Shown here in pieces: positions 58,461 through 64,000 of a stretch of DNA of 64,000 nucleotides. The DNA is from Nitrososphaerota archaeon (GTDB lineage Archaea > Thermoproteota > Nitrososphaeria > Nitrososphaerales > Nitrosopumilaceae): contig JAGWFT010000002.1 in assembly GCA_028867755.1 (NCBI GenBank), positions 1 to 64,000 of the forward strand, in the 5' to 3' direction. A program made the position numbers and the translations under genes. Below the pieces are notes generated by a model, which was not told the DNA's origin, ran no database searches, and was given only the letters and a program-made list of their open reading frames with translations. Within the stretch, counting starts at the first letter, position 1. Each line of letters opens with the position of its first letter.

Positions 58461-58530
58461 TTTGGCTGCAATGAAGAATCAGAGTTATGGCTGAAATTAT
58501 GATGTAAAGGCATTTGTCTGAGCTGCCAAA
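58461..58530 (+). ncRNA. Box C/D methylation-guide sRNA (dual guide)
   Basis: C box ATGAAGA 58471-77; 13-nt guide; D' CTGA 58491-94; C' ATGATGT 58499-505; 12-nt guide; D CTGA 58518-21; terminal stem TTTGGCTGC (58461-69) / GCTGCCAAA (58522-30) with 8 of 9 pairs; TTTTAAAA TATA-like box at 58433-40. Confidence 0.85.
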
Positions 58531-58591
58531 AATCTAAAAAAGATTTGATAAATTTGACACAAAGAACATCATCATGAAACGGTACAGAGTA

Positions 58592-58612
58592 TATATAAAG
58601 CCCATATATAAG
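58592..58612 (+). promoter_or_regulatory. Two tandem TATA-like boxes upstream of tbp
   Basis: TATATAAA at 58592-58599 and ATATATAA at 58604-58611, within 30 nt of the ATG at 58620. Confidence 0.5.
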
Positions 58613-58619
58613 CAGCAGA

Positions 58620-59183
58620 ATGCCTCAAACAAAACCAATCGTAAGTATTGAAAATGTTGTGGCATCAGCTTCAGTTGATCAACGCATTGATCTTAATGTT
58701 ATCACGCAAACTTTTCCTGATGTAGAATATCATCCTGATCAATTTCCAGGTTTAGTCTTTAGACTAAAATCGCCAAAGACTGCAACACTGATCTTCAGCT
58801 CAGGCAAAATGGTTTGCACCGGAGCAAAATCTGAAGAGCAAGCAATCAAAGCAGTGAGAAGTGTAGTACAAAAATTAAGAAAAGGTGGAATTAAGATCAA
58901 AAAAGATGCAGTTATAGTAATACAAAACATAGTAGCTTCTGCTAGTCTTGGAGGAAAAATACATCTAGAACAGGCTGCAAGAAGCTTGCCTAGAAGTATG
59001 TACGAACCAGAACAATTTCCAGGTTTGATACATCGAATGCTTGACCCAAAGACTGTTATCTTGTTATTTGCATCGGGAAAACTCGTTTGTACGGGGGCAA
59101 AGAAAGAATCTGAGGTATATCGTGCAGTACATAATCTACATACATTACTTGAGGAAAAAGAACTAATGATATACGAGAGCTAA
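58620..59183 (+). CDS. tbp: TATA-box binding protein
   Basis: Two repeats: IENVVAS / IQNIVAS, YHPDQFPGL / YEPEQFPGL, IFSSGKMVCTGAK / LFASGKLVCTGAK. Confidence 0.97.
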   Translation: MPQTKPIVSIENVVASASVDQRIDLNVITQTFPDVEYHPDQFPGLVFRLKSPKTATLIFSSGKMVCTGAKSEEQAIKAVRSVVQKLRKGGIKIKKDAVIVIQNIVASASLGGKIHLEQAARSLPRSMYEPEQFPGLIHRMLDPKTVILLFASGKLVCTGAKKESEVYRAVHNLHTLLEEKELMIYES

Positions 59184-59195
59184 ATCTGTTGGCCC

Positions 59196-59804
59196 TCAGT
59201 TAGCACTCATTTGTTTTTTGATTCGTTCAAAAGTTTGCTCATCAAGTAACCCTTCGTTGTATAATATACTTGAAATTTTTACCACGTCTGTAACTTCATG
59301 CAATTTTACACCCTCGGAAGCCAAAAGTTCCCTTGCTCCCTCAAATCTATTTATTATTACAACTGCATCAATTACAATCATTTTGGCATCCTTTAGTGCT
59401 TTAATAGCATTGGCCAGAGACAGCCCTGTCGTTCCTACGTCATCGACAAGCAATATCTTTGTTCCCTGTTCTATCTTTCCTTCAATTAAGCTGCCTGTGC
59501 CATAGTCTTTTGGCTTTTGTCTGATATATACAAGAGGTTTCATTGTTTCTATTGCTAAAGCAGAAGCTATCACAAGACCAGATGTTGGCACTGACGCGAT
59601 GCAGTCAAAACTATCAAGACCAATCTTCTCAGATATTGTATTTTGAAGGTATTTTATCATATTTCTGAATTGATGTGGAAAACTTGGTACTATTCGAAGA
59701 TCTACATAATATGCGCTTTCTTTTCCGCTAGAAAGTCTGAAATTTCCAAACTTTATGGCAGTACTTTCCTGTAAAAATATCGCAAATTCTTTGACAAAAC
59801 CCAC
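59196..59804 (-). CDS. pyrE: Orotate phosphoribosyltransferase
   Basis: FRLSSGKESAYYVDLR, KDYGT and LLVDDVGTTG. Confidence 0.93.
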   Translation of the reverse strand: MGFVKEFAIFLQESTAIKFGNFRLSSGKESAYYVDLRIVPSFPHQFRNMIKYLQNTISEKIGLDSFDCIASVPTSGLVIASALAIETMKPLVYIRQKPKDYGTGSLIEGKIEQGTKILLVDDVGTTGLSLANAIKALKDAKMIVIDAVVIINRFEGARELLASEGVKLHEVTDVVKISSILYNEGLLDEQTFERIKKQMSAN

Positions 59805-59853
59805 AGCAAAATTTACCGAACTAGATTTATTTTAACTGTCTCATCGGTACTGT

Positions 59854-60942
59854 ATGCCTGAGATTTGGCTTAGCTATGGCCCAACAGAGGTTGTTTTGGA
59901 TATAAAGGCTGAAAACCTTGAGAGGCAAATAACGGCTGAAGGTACAAATCTGAGCGATTCTGAAATCGCCTCGAAATTACAGTCAATAGATCTTACCAAA
60001 CCAACAGAGATTGTTATTTTGGAATCCACAAAAGCTGTTCAAAAGGTAATCTCAGTTTTGTTAGAAATCTGCAATCAAAAATCACTTCCTACACCAAAAA
60101 TTCTTGTGGATAAATCAAACTTACATCTTGTTAAAAACATGTTTTCTGATCCTTTGATATCTATCTCTGAATTTGATAATTCTCAGTTAACAGGCACAAA
60201 TCTAATGTTTGTCGGTGAGATGGAATTTGATGGATTGTTTGGATACAGTACCATATCTACAAAATTATTACGAAAATTTGGAAAAGAGCAAATGTTAGAA
60301 GCTTATGAAAAGAAAAATGGAAATCTCCCGCATCCTGGAGAAGACTTGTCAACTATTGAGGTGGCAAAAAAATTTACAGATGGGTTTGAAATATCTGCAC
60401 TTGAAGTTATTGCAAATTCGTCCGGAATAACTGATGTATCTACAGGACATCCATCCTCCACACTATCGCTTTCAAAATCTCTACCTCTGTTAACAATAAA
60501 TGATGTGGGCAAACATAGAATATTGTTTATCAGTACTGGTAAAGAATCTAGTAATGAAACACTAAGTAGATCGCTTTCTGCATTATGGAATTGTGCTAAT
60601 GCTGTAAAAGAAGAAGGTCTTGCAATACTTTTGGCTGAATGTAAAAATGGTTTAGGATCTGAGGCCATTCTTCAATATGCAGAAGGTAGAATGAGCTTGG
60701 ACAGATTAAAAAATCCTGCTAAATATGTTGACGGAATGGAAAACTTGCTTTTTTTAACTGAAATGCAAAAACAATTCCAAATTGGTATTGTCTCAATACT
60801 GCCGCATTATTATACAAAAGACAAACTTACAATGATTCCATTTGGCGGTACCAAAGAATCTATGGAATATGTACTAAAAACATATGGTGAGAGACAAAAA
60901 GCTGTAATAGTATCAGACGGTACGCACGTTCTACTCAGGTAA
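59854..60942 (+). CDS. LarA/DUF2088-like protein, degenerate
   Basis: IWLSYG N-terminus; AVKEEG.AILLAECKNGLG and GIVSILP pattern of the LarA C-terminal domain. Confidence 0.6.
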   Translation: MPEIWLSYGPTEVVLDIKAENLERQITAEGTNLSDSEIASKLQSIDLTKPTEIVILESTKAVQKVISVLLEICNQKSLPTPKILVDKSNLHLVKNMFSDPLISISEFDNSQLTGTNLMFVGEMEFDGLFGYSTISTKLLRKFGKEQMLEAYEKKNGNLPHPGEDLSTIEVAKKFTDGFEISALEVIANSSGITDVSTGHPSSTLSLSKSLPLLTINDVGKHRILFISTGKESSNETLSRSLSALWNCANAVKEEGLAILLAECKNGLGSEAILQYAEGRMSLDRLKNPAKYVDGMENLLFLTEMQKQFQIGIVSILPHYYTKDKLTMIPFGGTKESMEYVLKTYGERQKAVIVSDGTHVLLR

Positions 60943-62013
60943 TATAGAAAATGGGAGCGGTGCACAAAGAAAAGCTAGGCCCATGACAAGTGCAAACATA
61001 TTTTTTCTTTTTGGAGACAGTGGTGATATATCATCAAGGGGTCTTACATCTTGACTTCTCATACTTAGCATCAACACAAAAAATGCCATTATGAAATATC
61101 CTGTTACAAAAAGTATTCCTATACTGGCATAAGTGAGAATTCTATGCCATTTTATTCCAAATGTTGCACGTGCTACATGCCCTCCATCGAGCTGCCATGC
61201 TGGAAGAAGATTCAAAAAAGTAATAAGAAATCCAAACCATGCTGCTAACAAAACAGGTGACATCACAAGTTCCTCTCCTGATACATGTTTTCCTGCAAGC
61301 ATAATTGTCACATCCATGAGAATGCTTGAATGCACCTCTTCAAGTCCTTGTTTTGCAGATAGTTCCTGAGCAACCGAAATTGGTATCAAAGGAGATAGGT
61401 ATGCGCCGTAGGTTGAGACTAGTATAGCTACGATAAGGCCAGCTATGGGTCCTGATATTCCTACATCAAAGAGTATGTTTCTATTTGTGATTAGACCACG
61501 TGACATGATAAGAGCACCAAATGTGGGAATGAATCCAACTATTGGAATTCCTGGAATAAAATATGGCCAGCTCACCTTGAGTTTGTGTTTTTTTGATGCA
61601 ATTATGTGGCCCAATTCATGGATGCCAAGAATTCCCATCAATGATATTGTATAAAGAATTGCTGTGATGAGTGGATCTCCAATCTTTGCGATAGAATTTG
61701 TAGCTACTGCACGATAGTAACCATCTATCATGACTGTTGTAATAGTTCCAACAAACAATATGCGAGGAACCCATGACTTTCTTGCAGTAGGTGGATTAAA
61801 TCTTGATATTGTGATAAACATGCCTTCGAAATCTTTCTCCAACCTAGCTATGAGATTTTTCTGCTCCATTTTTTGAGCAAGTTTTTGAAATTTTTCTGTT
61901 ATTTCTGTTTCACTTATCTCAATTTTCAGAGATTCGGTAGTCTGGTTTATTCCTTTTATGGTGAAAAAAGTAGAAACAATAGATATGACCTCATCTGTAG
62001 TAGGTATGCTCAA
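60931..62013 (-). CDS. Site-2 protease (M50 family)
   Basis: HELGH, AGL and NLLP..QLDGGH motifs. Confidence 0.93.
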   Translation of the reverse strand: MSIPTTDEVISIVSTFFTIKGINQTTESLKIEISETEITEKFQKLAQKMEQKNLIARLEKDFEGMFITISRFNPPTARKSWVPRILFVGTITTVMIDGYYRAVATNSIAKIGDPLITAILYTISLMGILGIHELGHIIASKKHKLKVSWPYFIPGIPIVGFIPTFGALIMSRGLITNRNILFDVGISGPIAGLIVAILVSTYGAYLSPLIPISVAQELSAKQGLEEVHSSILMDVTIMLAGKHVSGEELVMSPVLLAAWFGFLITFLNLLPAWQLDGGHVARATFGIKWHRILTYASIGILFVTGYFIMAFFVLMLSMRSQDVRPLDDISPLSPKRKNMFALVMGLAFLCAPLPFSILPE

Positions 62014-62093
62014 CTGACATTTCCAAGAGTTTCTTCACATTAATTCTTTTATTTGCTTAAAGTTAAATAATTAATAATTCTAGTATTCTCGGA

Positions 62094-62594
62094 ATGCAGG
62101 TGGCTCTTAGAGAAATTGGTAGTTGCATAATCAGAAGATGTGACTCTTCAGATATAATCCCTGTAATGGAGATTAACCTGAAAACCTTACCCGAACACTA
62201 TTCTGATTATTTCTATGAAAGTCTGCTTGCTGAGTTACCTGAAGCATTTCTTGTGGCTGAAATTGAAAGGAAATTAGTGGGATATATAATGTGCAAAATT
62301 GAATATGGTTTTTCAAACTTCAAAAAGCTAGGATTTGTAAAAAAGGGACATGTTGTCTCTGTTGCAGTTCTGCCTGACTACAGACAAAAAGGGATCGGTA
62401 GGGCTCTAGTTGAAGAGGCCATGACAGGTGTAAAACTAAAGAAATCAGATGAATTGTATCTAGAGGTAAGATGTAGTAATAATGAAGCAATAAGACTGTA
62501 TGAAAAGCTCGGTTTTATAATAAAACAGAGGCTAAAGGCATACTACAGAGATGGCGAAGACGCTTATCTTATGGCGATTGAATTCACGTACTAG
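62094..62594 (+). CDS. N-terminal acetyltransferase (Ard1/RimI family)
   Basis: LPEHY, GHVVSVAVLPDYRQKGIG, LEVR.SN and AYYRDGEDA. Confidence 0.93.
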   Translation: MQVALREIGSCIIRRCDSSDIIPVMEINLKTLPEHYSDYFYESLLAELPEAFLVAEIERKLVGYIMCKIEYGFSNFKKLGFVKKGHVVSVAVLPDYRQKGIGRALVEEAMTGVKLKKSDELYLEVRCSNNEAIRLYEKLGFIIKQRLKAYYRDGEDAYLMAIEFTY

Positions 62595-62629
62595 ATTAAA
62601 ATAAATAAGTCTGGAAAAGGTTTAGCGTT

Positions 62630-62854
62630 ATGACAAAACGACGTACTGTCGGAATAACGATCTTTGGTTTATCCATCGGAGGATTCTTTGTATATGCATA
62701 CTTGCTAATGCTTTCGGAGTGGAGTCCTATAGTACTTCAACTCTCAGTACTTATGGCGGTAGGGGGAATTTTGGGAGTTATATCTTGGATAGGTTATAAC
62801 ATGGCAACATCCAAACCGCCACCTTCTTCTTTTATAACTGACGACAAAAAATAA
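62630..62854 (+). CDS. Small two-TM membrane protein
   Basis: 74 aa, two TM helices, IGYNMAT motif. Confidence 0.7.
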   Translation: MTKRRTVGITIFGLSIGGFFVYAYLLMLSEWSPIVLQLSVLMAVGGILGVISWIGYNMATSKPPPSSFITDDKK

Positions 62855-63691
62855 TTATTTAGATATTACGGCATCTACAACTGCCTGATAAAATCTTGGA
62901 CCCACTGGTCTGACAATTTTTGAACCAAGAACTTTAGCTCCAACTGTAATGACTGATTGAAAATGACTGGTGGCCACTGCTGAGACCTGATTTTTTTTAT
63001 CTGAATGTACATGGCAATAATAATGCAGGGTTCCTTTTTGTTTTAGTGCCTTTATAGCAGAATCTAAAAACTCGTCTGATCTCTCAGGTAACAACATCAA
63101 GACTCTGTCGCCTTTTCCAGATAATTCTTTTTCTATAATGTCTGCTGCATCTCCTTCGATTGAATCAATCGTACCCTTTAACTTGTTAAGAGCGATGTTT
63201 TCTGAACAAAGCTTTGCAGCATATGGATTTATGTCTACATTATACACATGGCATTTCTTCTTTTTTGCAGCTACAATGGAAAACATTCCAACCCCGCCAA
63301 ACATATTGACGATTACATCTCCATCATTTACTAAATCCGCTATTCTAAGGCGTTCGGTTGCAAGCCTAGGTGAAAAAAATGTTTTTTCAACATCTACTCT
63401 GAATCTACATCCATGTTCTTTGTATTCTGTCTCTGTACTGTCTTCACCAGCAAGTAATTCTAGTTGACGAATTCGGTAATCTCCCTCTACTGGAGATGAC
63501 TGATAAAATATTGACTTGGCGGTCTTTACCTTTTCTAAGAGAACCTCGCCAATTGTCTTTCTTTTAGAAAGTAGAGAATCTGGAATTCTTAATATTATTA
63601 TATTTCCTATCTGATCAAATGCACCGTACATCTCCTCAGCTTCCTCTGACGTCAATATGCTTGCCATTGCTTGTTTTAGCATCTTTGTCAA
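62855..63691 (-). CDS. tRNA methyltransferase, Trm5/Taw2 family
   Basis: EHGCRF.VD, FFSPRLATER, NMFGGVG and DINPYA. Confidence 0.9.
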   Translation of the reverse strand: MTKMLKQAMASILTSEEAEEMYGAFDQIGNIIILRIPDSLLSKRKTIGEVLLEKVKTAKSIFYQSSPVEGDYRIRQLELLAGEDSTETEYKEHGCRFRVDVEKTFFSPRLATERLRIADLVNDGDVIVNMFGGVGMFSIVAAKKKKCHVYNVDINPYAAKLCSENIALNKLKGTIDSIEGDAADIIEKELSGKGDRVLMLLPERSDEFLDSAIKALKQKGTLHYYCHVHSDKKNQVSAVATSHFQSVITVGAKVLGSKIVRPVGPRFYQAVVDAVISK

Positions 63692-64000
63692 TTTCTATAA
63701 TAGAAATGCCCAGATTGTTTCTGTCCCCTATCGAGCCTACTTTCTGATTTGTTTACTCGTGGCCTCATGCTTGTCTCATCTCTTCGATAAGTAATATCAA
63801 GTGATCTCAAAAACTGATTCATTCCTTGAGCTTTTGACATTGGAGATGTAGCATGTCCTTCTCTACTGGGGCTACCATGAAAAATTACAAGAGAATCCGA
63901 AATTAAATCCATCAACTGTATGTCATGATCAATTATTATTGCTGATTTTCCATAAGAGCGAACAAACCTTTGGATTAATTTTGCTATTGCAATTCTATCT
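63688..64000 (-). CDS. rli: Ribosome recycling ATPase ABCE1/Rli, C-terminal part (starts beyond the window)
   Basis: The frame is open to the window edge: DRIAIAKLIQRFVRSYGKSAIIIDHDIQLMD...ITYRRD...RPRVNKSESRLDRGQKQSGHFYY. Confidence 0.9.
   Translation of the reverse strand, partial: DRIAIAKLIQRFVRSYGKSAIIIDHDIQLMDLISDSLVIFHGSPSREGHATSPMSKAQGMNQFLRSLDITYRRDETSMRPRVNKSESRLDRGQKQSGHFYYRN

Noticed and set aside
63688-63915. Independent 75-aa protein
   Set aside because: The frame is open to the window edge and is the C-terminus of ABCE1/Rli.

Overview
64-kb segment of an archaeal chromosome whose gene content points to an ammonia-oxidising Nitrososphaerota (Thaumarchaeota) member; this is an inference, and amo genes are not in the window. 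Nearly all of it is core genome. It holds translation genes (L37e, L7Ae, S28e, L24e, aIF5B, aIF6, HisRS, partial ABCE1), replication genes (RFC-S/L, GINS, MCM, Hel308), TBP and Alba. It also holds sdhACDB, an 11-subunit complex I lacking NuoEFG, the acetyl/propionyl-CoA carboxylase of the 3HP/4HB cycle, and nine tRNA genes. Only about the first 3.4 kb looks accessory: two secreted beta-propeller proteins and a decayed integrase fragment abutting the 3' end of tRNA-Ala(CGC). Signals not in the ORF track are: (i) a complete dual-guide box C/D sRNA at 58461-58530 whose guides appear to target LSU rRNA helices 69-71; (ii) two tRNAs with non-canonical introns, Asp(GTC) 15/16 and Glu(TTC) 59/60; (iii) rpl37e and two candidate small ORFs. 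Among the listed ORFs, a hypothetical protein (38785-39915) has the motif spacing of a divergent trans-prenyltransferase fold, and 57568-58218 is a CADD-like putative pABA synthase. No CRISPR array, rRNA, intact mobile element or intein was seen. Family assignments are by eye from motifs; no searches were run.
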